From a virus (taxonomy: Duplodnaviria > Caudoviricetes): a DNA stretch of 64,000 nt. Below, one piece after another: positions 1-8,862 of the stretch (positions within the stretch are counted from its first letter, which is position 1; every line of letters starts with the position of its first letter). A program made the translations under genes and the position numbers. The stretch covers positions 2,575-66,574 of IMG/VR virus record IMGVR_UViG_3300032330_001078, one strand, 5' to 3'. The notes below the pieces were generated by a model. The model had not been told where the DNA came from. It saw only the letters and a program-made list of their open reading frames with translations, and searched no databases.

Positions 1-2
1 AT

Positions 3-1058
3 CCTAACGGCGGTCTGAATGCTAAGGGTCGCGCTTCTGCTCGGGCTGAGGGTCATAATCTAAAACCGCCAGTTAAGGCTGGCAACAATCCTCGTCGCGC
101 TTCGTTTCTTGCACGTATGGGTAACATGCCTGGACCAGAACATAAGCCAAATGGCGAGCCTACTCGTTTATTGTTGTCGTTAAATGCCTGGGGCGCTTCG
201 TCTAAGGCTGATGCTAAAAAGAAAGCTCATGCTATGAGTGTTGAAAAATCAATGGAGTATAGTGTAGTTATGAATCAATCACGTTTTGGTGGCGTTAGCG
301 CTGTAGGTAAGGCATATGTTGAGAAAGCTGATAAGGCTCACTATGCTGAGAAGCTTCTTGCAGAGGTAACTAATCTTGCTGGTCAGATTAACCACAAGGC
401 TCCAGAGATGGCTTATAAAAAAGGTGTTCGTGTAGGTATGCGACATAACGCTAAAGTGCTTGTGCCTGTTGGCGCTGCAGGTGGGTCTGCAGTAACTGCT
501 GCAGGTATGACTGCGCATAGTCGTCATAAGCGTGAGCCCATGCCAGTTGTTGTGGTCAAGGCAGACGAACCAGCATACGATCAAATGGGTCAGCCTGTTC
601 AACAAAAGAAGCGCAATCCTTTGTCTAACATGTCTGGTAATGCAAAGCTTGGTACTGCTGGTGGCGCTATTGGTCTTGTTGGTGCTAAGCGTATGGCTTT
701 TGCCGGTACTCTTCCAGGTGCTTTGAAGTCACAGGCTGATGCTGCTGAACATCGCGTTAAGTTTGAAGAACGTATGGCTACGGCTCAAAATGGTCGAGTA
801 CAACAGGCTGCCACTATTAGAAACCCTATTACTCGCCGTCGTCAAGTAAGAATGCATAATTTTTATGCAGATAAAGCAGCGTCAAACTTGGCATCTGCTG
901 AGAGCAAAAAGATTATGGCTGATAACGCTTTGAAGGCTGCTCCTGCTAAGAAGTTGGCTCATCTTAAGTCTGGTGGCGCTTTGGTTGCTACTGGTGCTGC
1001 TTTAGGCGGTCTGGCTGCTTACAATAACGCTAAAGAACGTAAGACTAAGGGTAAGTAA
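3..1058 (+). CDS. Head-region protein, 5'-truncated; DUF6321-like N-terminal domain followed by basic Gly/Ala-rich segments
   Basis: Frame is open from base 3 (PNGGLNAKGRASARAEGHNLKPPVKAGNNPRRASFLARMGNMPGPEHKPNGEPTRLLLSLNAWGASSKADA), so the track start at 117 is internal; this segment resembles the phage DUF6321 family as I recall it. Confidence 0.7.
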   Translation, partial: PNGGLNAKGRASARAEGHNLKPPVKAGNNPRRASFLARMGNMPGPEHKPNGEPTRLLLSLNAWGASSKADAKKKAHAMSVEKSMEYSVVMNQSRFGGVSAVGKAYVEKADKAHYAEKLLAEVTNLAGQINHKAPEMAYKKGVRVGMRHNAKVLVPVGAAGGSAVTAAGMTAHSRHKREPMPVVVVKADEPAYDQMGQPVQQKKRNPLSNMSGNAKLGTAGGAIGLVGAKRMAFAGTLPGALKSQADAAEHRVKFEERMATAQNGRVQQAATIRNPITRRRQVRMHNFYADKAASNLASAESKKIMADNALKAAPAKKLAHLKSGGALVATGAALGGLAAYNNAKERKTKGK

Positions 1059-1627
1059 TGACTATCAACCAGTCTCGTTATGGTGGCGCTGCTGAGGTTG
1101 GTCGCGCTCCTACAAAAGAACCGCGTAAAGATTCTAAGCGCCCTTTAGTTACTCTTGCCGGTGGTACTGCTGCTTTAGGTGGCGGTGTAACTGCTACACA
1201 GGCTAACAAACGCTTGCCTAGTTTCAGGTCTGTTCAGGATGCTGCTCAGAAGCTTGAACAATCAGCTACTAGTAAATACAATCAGCGTCACTTACCTAAC
1301 ACTGTTCTTATGCGACACGATCTTGGCGTTGGGCTTAAGGGCCCAAATCAAAGAGTTAGCACTAGTTATTATGAAAATCAATTAAAGCGGTTAGAAGGCG
1401 AGACTGGCAAGGCTAATAGAAACGTACGTCGCGTACGTAACGTACGTACTGCTGGTCTGGCGGCTTTGGCTACTGGTCTTGGCGTGATGGGTGCGTCTGC
1501 TATACAGCATGAGCGTTCTAGAGGTACTATTGGGTACAAACGCCCAACTAATCGACATGAAGCATTGCGTCAGGCTGGTCCGACTTCGGCTGCTGAGGCA
1601 CGCTACCGTCGTACGAATGGAATGTAA
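1058..1627 (+). CDS. Basic Gly/Ala-rich hypothetical virion-associated protein
   Basis: TAATG overlap with upstream stop; two hydrophobic GxxxG segments; N-terminus NQSRYGG resembles NQSRFGG of the upstream ORF. Confidence 0.6.
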   Translation: MTINQSRYGGAAEVGRAPTKEPRKDSKRPLVTLAGGTAALGGGVTATQANKRLPSFRSVQDAAQKLEQSATSKYNQRHLPNTVLMRHDLGVGLKGPNQRVSTSYYENQLKRLEGETGKANRNVRRVRNVRTAGLAALATGLGVMGASAIQHERSRGTIGYKRPTNRHEALRQAGPTSAAEARYRRTNGM

Positions 1628-3210
1628 TGGCTGACGATGTAAGGCTGTCCTATCGTGACACAGATAGTTTAAACGCAACTCCTGCAGATATTGCGGGCAT
1701 GGTTGAGGCCAATAAGGCTTCGCCTTTTATGGAACTTGGTACTACTGGTCTTAAGCGTGCCGGTGGTTACATTGATGAGCAGTTCCTTCCGCAGTTGCGT
1801 GGTCGTAAAGCTGTTCAAATTTACAAGGAAATGGCTGAGAATGATCCGCTTATTGGGTCGTTGTGGTTCACTGTTGATCGTTTGATTCGTAATGTTGAGT
1901 GGCGCGTTGAGCCTGCTGGCAAGTCTAAAGAAGATACTCAGAATGCCAAACTTGTTGAAACGTGTATGGATGACATGTCTCATACGTGGGATGACTTCAT
2001 TTCTGAGGTTTTGACGTGTGTTATTTTTGGCTGGTCTTGGCATGAGATTGTGTACAAGAAGCGTGTTGGTCCTTGGGAAAAAGATGGCTCGCGTCGCTCT
2101 AAGTACACGGATGGAATGATTGGTTGGCGCAAGATGCCAATTCGTGCTCAGGAAACTTTGTTGCGTTGGGCTTTTGATGATTCTGGTGATGTAACTGCTA
2201 TGGTGCAGTTGGCTCCGCCTCGCTTTGAAACTACTGTTCTTCCTATTGAGCGTTCGTTACTGTTCCGTTACCGTCATACAAAGGGCAATCCTGAGGGCAT
2301 GTCAATGCTTCGTCAGGCTTATCGTCCTTGGTACATGAAGAAGCGTCTTGAAGAGTATGAGGCTGTTGGTGTAGAGCGTGACTTGGCTGGTCTTCCTATT
2401 GTGAAGGTTCCTGCTGAGTTTTTGCGTGCTAAGCCAGGGTCACAGCAGGCTCAAACTGTTGAGGCTTTCAAGCGTATGGTGAAGTCTGTGCGTCGCGATG
2501 AGCAAGAGGGCATTGTGTTTCCTATGGCTTACGATCAGGACACTAAGCAACCTTTGTATTCGTTTGAGCTTATGGGTGGTGGTGGCGCTCGTGCATTTAA
2601 CACTAATCAGATTATTGAGCGTTATGAGCAGCGTATCTTGATGTCTGTATTGGCTGATTTTATTATGGTTGGTCATCAGGGTGGAGGCTCTTACAGTTTG
2701 CATACCGATAAGACTGGTATCTTCCGAACATCACTGAACGCTATTGCGCAGTCTATTGCGGATACATTGAATCGGTATGCAATCCCTCGTTTGTTTGTAG
2801 TGAATGGCATTAAGCCTTCTGAACTTCCTAAGATTGTTCCTAGTGATGTTGATAGCCCAGACATTGCCCAGTTGGCGCAGTTTATGTCTTCTATGGCCTC
2901 TACTGGTGTTACTTGGTTCCCAGACCCAACTATGGAAAACTTTGTGCGTGATGCTGCTCGTCTTCCTAAGCTCAGTGAAGAGGAAGAAGATCGTCGTCGT
3001 CAGATGCAGATGCGTACTGAGGCTACACAATTTGCGCAGGCTAATACTGAATATTTGCAGGCTAAGCAAATGTATCGCCAGACTGTAATGAGTGAAATGG
3101 GTGAGCAACCTATGCAGCAAGGTCAGCCTGGTCAGCCCAATCAACAAGGTAGTCAACCAAATGCTGGTCAACAAGAAAGTCAACAGCCAGTCCCACAACA
3201 GGAGCGGTAG
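1627..3210 (+). CDS. Portal protein (DUF935-like actinophage type)
   Basis: ELGTTGLKR..G.I.EQFLPQLRG, CVIFGWSWHEIVYK, GNPEGMSMLRQAYRPW, GVERDLAGLP motifs; Gln-rich C-terminal tail; 527 aa. Confidence 0.9.
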   Translation: MADDVRLSYRDTDSLNATPADIAGMVEANKASPFMELGTTGLKRAGGYIDEQFLPQLRGRKAVQIYKEMAENDPLIGSLWFTVDRLIRNVEWRVEPAGKSKEDTQNAKLVETCMDDMSHTWDDFISEVLTCVIFGWSWHEIVYKKRVGPWEKDGSRRSKYTDGMIGWRKMPIRAQETLLRWAFDDSGDVTAMVQLAPPRFETTVLPIERSLLFRYRHTKGNPEGMSMLRQAYRPWYMKKRLEEYEAVGVERDLAGLPIVKVPAEFLRAKPGSQQAQTVEAFKRMVKSVRRDEQEGIVFPMAYDQDTKQPLYSFELMGGGGARAFNTNQIIERYEQRILMSVLADFIMVGHQGGGSYSLHTDKTGIFRTSLNAIAQSIADTLNRYAIPRLFVVNGIKPSELPKIVPSDVDSPDIAQLAQFMSSMASTGVTWFPDPTMENFVRDAARLPKLSEEEEDRRRQMQMRTEATQFAQANTEYLQAKQMYRQTVMSEMGEQPMQQGQPGQPNQQGSQPNAGQQESQQPVPQQER

Positions 3211-3470
3211 TGTTTATTACTGAACTTGAAAAGTCTGCTGAAAAAGTTGTCGCTGGGTCTTGTGCTCTTATTGCTAAAGAGAATAATGCAGATGCCGCCA
3301 AACTAGTGCAGTTCTTTTTAGATGATGCTCGTCGTGATGGTATTGATTTAAAGACTACGATGGAGGCTTTGGCACGTGCGGGTATTGTTGTTGCCTTGTT
3401 AGCTGCTGAGCCTGATTCAGAAGAAACGTTTGATCGTGTTATTCAAAGGCTGGGCGCTGTTCATGAGTGA
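3210..3470 (+). CDS. Hypothetical protein
   Basis: GTG start overlapping portal stop; stop overlaps next ATG. Confidence 0.6.
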   Translation: MFITELEKSAEKVVAGSCALIAKENNADAAKLVQFFLDDARRDGIDLKTTMEALARAGIVVALLAAEPDSEETFDRVIQRLGAVHE

Positions 3471-5310
3471 TAACAAGTCAAATCGTAGGAATGCTGCCGA
3501 GCGTACTGCCGGTGGCGCGGCTGTTTTTGGTGTTGGTGCAGGCGCTCGTTTTATTAATGACAATCGTTTTGCCGACGGCAAGAAGCCTACTATCTTGCAT
3601 GCTGTTAAAAATAAGACATTTTCGGGCACTCATGCAAGGTATCTTGGCGCTAAGGCTGGAGCGCGTGCGATTCAGGGTGCTGGTCTAACCGTTGCTGTGC
3701 TGGGCGGTAAGCAAGTTGTTACTGGTAAAAATAATGAAAAGTTTCGTTTGGGTCATGAGGTTGTTCGACCTTTGGTTGGCGCCGATAAGATTGAAGAAAA
3801 GGTGAATGAGCATATGTCTAAGGCTCGTGAAGAAGACCCAATAATTCGCAGTAAGCAGCGAACTCGTCGTTATGCTCAGGTGGGTGGTGCTATTGGTGGT
3901 ACTGCTTTGTTAATGCGTTCTCCCGAATTGGCTACTGCCGTTTCGCGTAATTCTAAATCTAAAATTATTTCTACTGCTCAGCGTCTTGAGCCTAAAACTA
4001 CACGTGCTTCAAATACTTTGCTTGCTGTTGGTGGCGGAATTGGTGCTGCGGGTGCTTTTAACTCTGCTCACATGCAAAAACTTGAGGCTAATAAATTGAA
4101 GCAAGATAAGCTCGCTAATATTGGCAAGGCATTTAAAGATAAGCGCCCAAAGTCTGACAGAGATAAGTACGCTGTTGCTGGTGGTGCTGGTCTAGCGGCA
4201 GGCGCTGCTTTTCCTACTTTACAAAAACTTCCTCATGATCAGGGTGCTTCTAATCGTATTACTGAGCAATTAAAGGGTAGTCACGAGGGTGAAGTTAAAG
4301 TTGCTGATGTGCGCGGAGTTGCTCGTGGTCCCGGTAAGCGTTTTGGAGCAGAGCGTAACCAAGCAAAACTTACTCATGCTATTGATGTAAAAGGCTACGA
4401 CAAGACTCGCCCAGTTGAAGTTTCTCGTTTTGCTAATGGTCAGATGATGGTTACTGGCGGTCATCACCGCTTGCATGCTGTTGAGGATTTAGGTCATGAA
4501 ACGGTTGCTGTTCGTGTGCGCAATGAAGCTGGAAAGGCTCCGCGTTCTGTAGTTCCTTTGTACGATTCTGCTAAATACATTAAAGATGTTATTGCAAACC
4601 GTCAGCCTCGTAAGCCTTTGGATGCGGAAGGTCGTAAGAGAGTACAGGCTCTTGCTGCGCAAAAAACTCCAAAGCATATCGAGCGTGCTAACCGTATTAA
4701 GAGTGTTTCTGAAGAAGCAATGCAAGGCCTTAAGACTCCGCGTAATAAAGCAATTGTTGCTGCTACCGCTGCTGCTGGTGCTACTGCTTACGGGGCTAAT
4801 AAGTTAAACAATAAAGGTAAAGTTTCTAAGCGTGATGATAAGTTCTTGACGCAGTACCGTGATCGTATTAGCCCTAGTGCTGAGGAGGGCTATAAGTATC
4901 TTAAGCGTGGTACGCGTAGTCGTCAGTTTGATGCTGCGGGTAATGCTGCTTTAGGTACTGGTCTTTTAGTACATGCTGGTCACATTGCTGCTAAAAAGCG
5001 TCCTATGGCTGCACTTGAGGGCTTGGGCGGCGCTATTGCTTTAAAGACTGCTTCGGATAGTCATGCTGATTCTCAGGTGTGGAATTCTAAACTTGGTAAG
5101 ATTAAAGCTGCTGCTAAACAGCGTGAAATTGATAATACTTGGGGTAAAGACCGTAGGGTTGATGTGGCTAAAAGCATTTGGGTTGAAAAAGGCCTTAGTG
5201 TAGGATTGCCTTACCCAAAGGGTATTCGTCGTGCTTCTGGTATTCGTGCAGGTCATTTGATGCGTACTCGTTCGGGTAAAACGGTTTCTGTTCGTGGTTC
5301 TGTAGGTTAG
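3463..5310 (+). CDS. Basic Gly/Ala-rich head-region protein with internal ParB/Srx-like domain
   Basis: Likely start ATG 3463 (MSDNK); ParB-like core RPVEVSRFANGQMMVTGGHHRLHAVEDLGHETVAVRV at about 4405-4520; many GxxxG hydrophobic segments. Confidence 0.7.
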   Translation: MSDNKSNRRNAAERTAGGAAVFGVGAGARFINDNRFADGKKPTILHAVKNKTFSGTHARYLGAKAGARAIQGAGLTVAVLGGKQVVTGKNNEKFRLGHEVVRPLVGADKIEEKVNEHMSKAREEDPIIRSKQRTRRYAQVGGAIGGTALLMRSPELATAVSRNSKSKIISTAQRLEPKTTRASNTLLAVGGGIGAAGAFNSAHMQKLEANKLKQDKLANIGKAFKDKRPKSDRDKYAVAGGAGLAAGAAFPTLQKLPHDQGASNRITEQLKGSHEGEVKVADVRGVARGPGKRFGAERNQAKLTHAIDVKGYDKTRPVEVSRFANGQMMVTGGHHRLHAVEDLGHETVAVRVRNEAGKAPRSVVPLYDSAKYIKDVIANRQPRKPLDAEGRKRVQALAAQKTPKHIERANRIKSVSEEAMQGLKTPRNKAIVAATAAAGATAYGANKLNNKGKVSKRDDKFLTQYRDRISPSAEEGYKYLKRGTRSRQFDAAGNAALGTGLLVHAGHIAAKKRPMAALEGLGGAIALKTASDSHADSQVWNSKLGKIKAAAKQREIDNTWGKDRRVDVAKSIWVEKGLSVGLPYPKGIRRASGIRAGHLMRTRSGKTVSVRGSVG

Positions 5311-5319
5311 GGTAAACAC

Positions 5320-8300
5320 ATGACAATGCTTGGTGCTATTCGTAAGGCTGTTGAGGCTGATCCTATTGGCGGTTCTGCTCTTATTGATGAGGTTGTTTAC
5401 TCTTATCTTGCCGACCAGGCTGAAGAGTTGCGCCCTGAGATTGAGCAGTTGCTTAGTTCTTTTATGCAAGAGCGTGTGCTTGTTGCTAAGCGTGCTTTAG
5501 GCCGTTCTTATGTTGAGTCTGTTGTTGAGGGTGATTATCCTTCTGAGGACATTCAAAAGAGTGCTCAGTGGATTGCTGGGCTTGAGATGTTTATTCATGA
5601 TTCTTTGGTGCAAAAGGATGACCTTGAAGGGTCTGATTTGTACGCGTTTAATCGTAAGCATCCGCGTGGTGCTGGTGGTCGTTTTCGTCGCGGTATTGCT
5701 CCTTACAACAAGGAAAAAGGACATCCTACAACTACTCGCAGAATGGAACAGATTAGTCCTAATTTGCGTAATGACTCTGTGCTTGATGACCCAGAAAAAG
5801 AAGGCAGAATCATTTCTCCATATGCTGATAAAGATGTTGTTCAGCAAGAGCAGCATCAGTATGAAGAGGCTAATAAAGTTGTTAACTCTATGCTGCGTAA
5901 CTTTAGCGGTAAGAGCCTAGATGACATTAACGTTATTGTTAACCTTACTGATGGCAATAATGGCAATAGGTACTCTCGTTCTTACAGTGCTAAGTCTATT
6001 AAGCAAGCTGGCGGATTTGATATGGATGATCCAAGTAAGTTGTGGACTGTTGGAGATATTATTAATGACTTTGAGCTTGAGGCTAAGTCTGGAGCGCCAG
6101 ATGTTGTTCAGAATCAAATCAATGCTTACAACACTTTAGGCAATACGGGCAATGCTGCGGTAGCGTCTTTGGCTACTGTTGACCCTGATCGTCTAAAAGC
6201 TCTTGGTGGGGCTTTTAATTATGGTGATTCACAAAAGAATACAAAGCTAGGTAATTTCTTTAACCGTTTGGGCGTTGGCGGTAGTGTCATGCAGCAAGTT
6301 CCGGGCATGGAAAAGTATGGCGATTATGCTCGTTTTGTCGGAACTATGGGACCACAAGCCGAGGATGCGCTTGGCCCTTATGTTCAGCAAGCTGCTTACC
6401 GTTACCGCGGTACTGAGAAAGAACCAGATTTAGAACTTATTCGTCAGTTTAATAGCAAGACTATGCGTGCTGTTGATGCTGCTGCAGAGTCTCGCACTAA
6501 AATGAGCGACATTTCTGACACTATTATGAATGCTGCTTCTGACCGTGCTAATCAGAGCGACATTACGTTACAGGCTGCTAGTCATCAGATTAATAACCTT
6601 TCGCGTACTCGCGGAGGAGCCTTTACCCCTGATGAGCTTTCTCTTAATGTGCGCGCTGATGTGGCTGCACATCACATGTTACAGACTTTGCCTGACGATC
6701 CTTTTATTGCTCGTGTTAGCGCTAAATCAGGAAACATTCTTCCTTCGCAGGGTGTCATTATTGATGCTGATGGCGATGTAGTTTCACAATCAGTTGGTTT
6801 TTCTGATGACCATTATTTGCCGTTTGACCTTAAGAATCTTAAGTCTTTGCGTGGCGGTCAGTATGTTCGTACTCGCCAGCAGGGTGGTTTGACTGGTGAA
6901 GACATTTATGCGTCTATTCGTAGTGGTACTCGCATGGCTACTGTTGTTTCATCTTCTGGCGTGTACTCTATTGAGTTTGATCCTAACTTCCGTGGTGCTC
7001 GTGCTAATAGCGATAAGGCTCGCTCAATGTACGACCGTTACTTAAAGATTCTTGATGCTGTAGATAAATCTGGTCTTTATGTTCAAGACATTTCTTCTGC
7101 TGAAAAGGCCCAGCTGAGAGCTCAAGCTCAAAGTATGGGTGATAAAGATGATGTTATTTTTGATCGTTTCTTGGAAGAGCGTCGTCAGGCTAGCCAATCT
7201 TTAGATTCTGGCACAATTGCTATTTTGCAAGAAGAAGCCACTGCACAGGTTGATTCAGAGGGCTTTAAGCAAAAGGGCGACCGCTATAACCGTCGCGTTG
7301 AAGAAGTGTTTGAAGAGTTGGCTGACGAGAAACTTAAAGAGCGAGTATCTCAGCTTTCTTTGAACGCTAAAGGTTACGATGTTGCTTTGCGTACATTACA
7401 GCAACAGTTCCCTTATTTTATTCGCAATGTGTCTTACCAGCCTTTGACTAGCAAGCAAGAAGGTGAAGGGTTCTTGCAGAGCCTTAACCAGTCTGGCAAA
7501 CTCGGTGCTCGTCAAACTCTTGGTGCTAAGGATGAGGGTTATGTTAATCCTGGTGGCTTGCGTCCTGAAAAGATGCGTCAGGGCTTCTATGCTCCGTCTC
7601 GCCAGTCTTACAACAAGTTTAAGAATGAAGATTATTACGGTGGCGGGTCTAACGAAGAAGTTGTGGAAGAAAAGACAACTGGCAAAAAGGCTGTTGCTAC
7701 TGGTGGCGCTAAGGGTGCAGTTGCGCCTAAGTCTGCTTTCTTGGCTCGTGTTGAGGCTTATTCTTCTGGCCAAAAAGATAAAGGCTTGAAAGCTATTAAG
7801 CAGTTAGACATTTTGCTTAACACTATTCCTGCTGATGCTGCTATTGGTGATGTGGACAAGAGCATTACCTGGAATGATGTCAAAGATTTGGATGATGCTG
7901 CTGCTTTGAAGTGGCTTTTGCATCCTGGCAATGGCGGCTTTACTAAGCCTTTTGAAAGCGACCCTGATCGCGTAACTAGTTTGTTAAGTAACAAGAAACT
8001 AGTTGATGAAACGCTCGGTATGTACAAGACTAGTGCTGAGTCTGGCCATGGTTTGGGTAGTTTTGGCGACTTAGAAACTATGTCGAACAAGATTGTTGAA
8101 GCGGGTAAAATTGCCTCTATGTCTAATTCGTTTAGCAATCCTTTTGCTGACGAAATTGCAGGGGATGAGGGTTACTTTTATGCCGGGGCTAAGCCAATGG
8201 CTATTAAAGATTTGGCTCTTGTATCTGACTCGTCTTCCATTAATGCTTTGCTTGAAAAGAACCCTGGCGTAGCTAATGCTTTTAATGATCTAAAATCAAT

Positions 8301-8862
8301 TGACGAAGGCGCTATTCCAACTACTCTTAAAGAGTACTTTAAGATTATTGCTGATGTTAAGAAAGCACATGATAGCGTTCTTTCTTTGGCTGCTGCCGAT
8401 GCAGAGACTGCTAAGAAAACTTACACTGTTGACGAAGTGTTACGCCAAGCTGGTGTTAGTGAAGACGAGTGGAAGAAAGCAATTGGTAATCTTAATGATT
8501 TAGTTCCTTATGGTTACAATTCAACGCTTCCTATGTCGCAGTTTAAAGATTATGTAATTAAACAGCGTGCAAGGAATCTGCAAGACGCACGGACTTTACT
8601 TACTGCTGATCGCTTGATGTCTGCTATGTCTGGCGGTGAAGAACCCCCAAAAGCACCGGCTCCAGTGGAGCCGTCACTGGAGCCAACGGCGAAGAACCTA
8701 AGCAAGGATTACTGGTCCCAACAGGATCCAAGCTTCCAGAGCCTAAGCAAGGGGCGCTTGTCCCCACGGGTTCAAGTCTTGAGCAAAAGCCATCCGTTAA
8801 CGCGGGAGATTCAAATGCGCAAGAGCCTGAACCTGCCGTTAGTGAGCAGGAAGCAAAAGTAG
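5320..8862 (+). CDS. Large hypothetical head-region protein (1180 aa; 0-frame product of a probable -1 frameshift gene)
   Basis: Long ORF with genome-typical codon bias; contains FNRKHPRGAGGRF motif; last 69 codons overlap an open -1 frame. Confidence 0.75.
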   Translation: MTMLGAIRKAVEADPIGGSALIDEVVYSYLADQAEELRPEIEQLLSSFMQERVLVAKRALGRSYVESVVEGDYPSEDIQKSAQWIAGLEMFIHDSLVQKDDLEGSDLYAFNRKHPRGAGGRFRRGIAPYNKEKGHPTTTRRMEQISPNLRNDSVLDDPEKEGRIISPYADKDVVQQEQHQYEEANKVVNSMLRNFSGKSLDDINVIVNLTDGNNGNRYSRSYSAKSIKQAGGFDMDDPSKLWTVGDIINDFELEAKSGAPDVVQNQINAYNTLGNTGNAAVASLATVDPDRLKALGGAFNYGDSQKNTKLGNFFNRLGVGGSVMQQVPGMEKYGDYARFVGTMGPQAEDALGPYVQQAAYRYRGTEKEPDLELIRQFNSKTMRAVDAAAESRTKMSDISDTIMNAASDRANQSDITLQAASHQINNLSRTRGGAFTPDELSLNVRADVAAHHMLQTLPDDPFIARVSAKSGNILPSQGVIIDADGDVVSQSVGFSDDHYLPFDLKNLKSLRGGQYVRTRQQGGLTGEDIYASIRSGTRMATVVSSSGVYSIEFDPNFRGARANSDKARSMYDRYLKILDAVDKSGLYVQDISSAEKAQLRAQAQSMGDKDDVIFDRFLEERRQASQSLDSGTIAILQEEATAQVDSEGFKQKGDRYNRRVEEVFEELADEKLKERVSQLSLNAKGYDVALRTLQQQFPYFIRNVSYQPLTSKQEGEGFLQSLNQSGKLGARQTLGAKDEGYVNPGGLRPEKMRQGFYAPSRQSYNKFKNEDYYGGGSNEEVVEEKTTGKKAVATGGAKGAVAPKSAFLARVEAYSSGQKDKGLKAIKQLDILLNTIPADAAIGDVDKSITWNDVKDLDDAAALKWLLHPGNGGFTKPFESDPDRVTSLLSNKKLVDETLGMYKTSAESGHGLGSFGDLETMSNKIVEAGKIASMSNSFSNPFADEIAGDEGYFYAGAKPMAIKDLALVSDSSSINALLEKNPGVANAFNDLKSIDEGAIPTTLKEYFKIIADVKKAHDSVLSLAAADAETAKKTYTVDEVLRQAGVSEDEWKKAIGNLNDLVPYGYNSTLPMSQFKDYVIKQRARNLQDARTLLTADRLMSAMSGGEEPPKAPAPVEPSLEPTAKNLSKDYWSQQDPSFQSLSKGRLSPRVQVLSKSHPLTREIQMRKSLNLPLVSRKQK

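Noticed and set aside
1422-1448. ACGTACGTCGCGTACGTAACGTACGTAC palindrome-rich run
   Set aside because: Explained by the coding repeat RNVRRVRNVR with CGT/GTA codon bias
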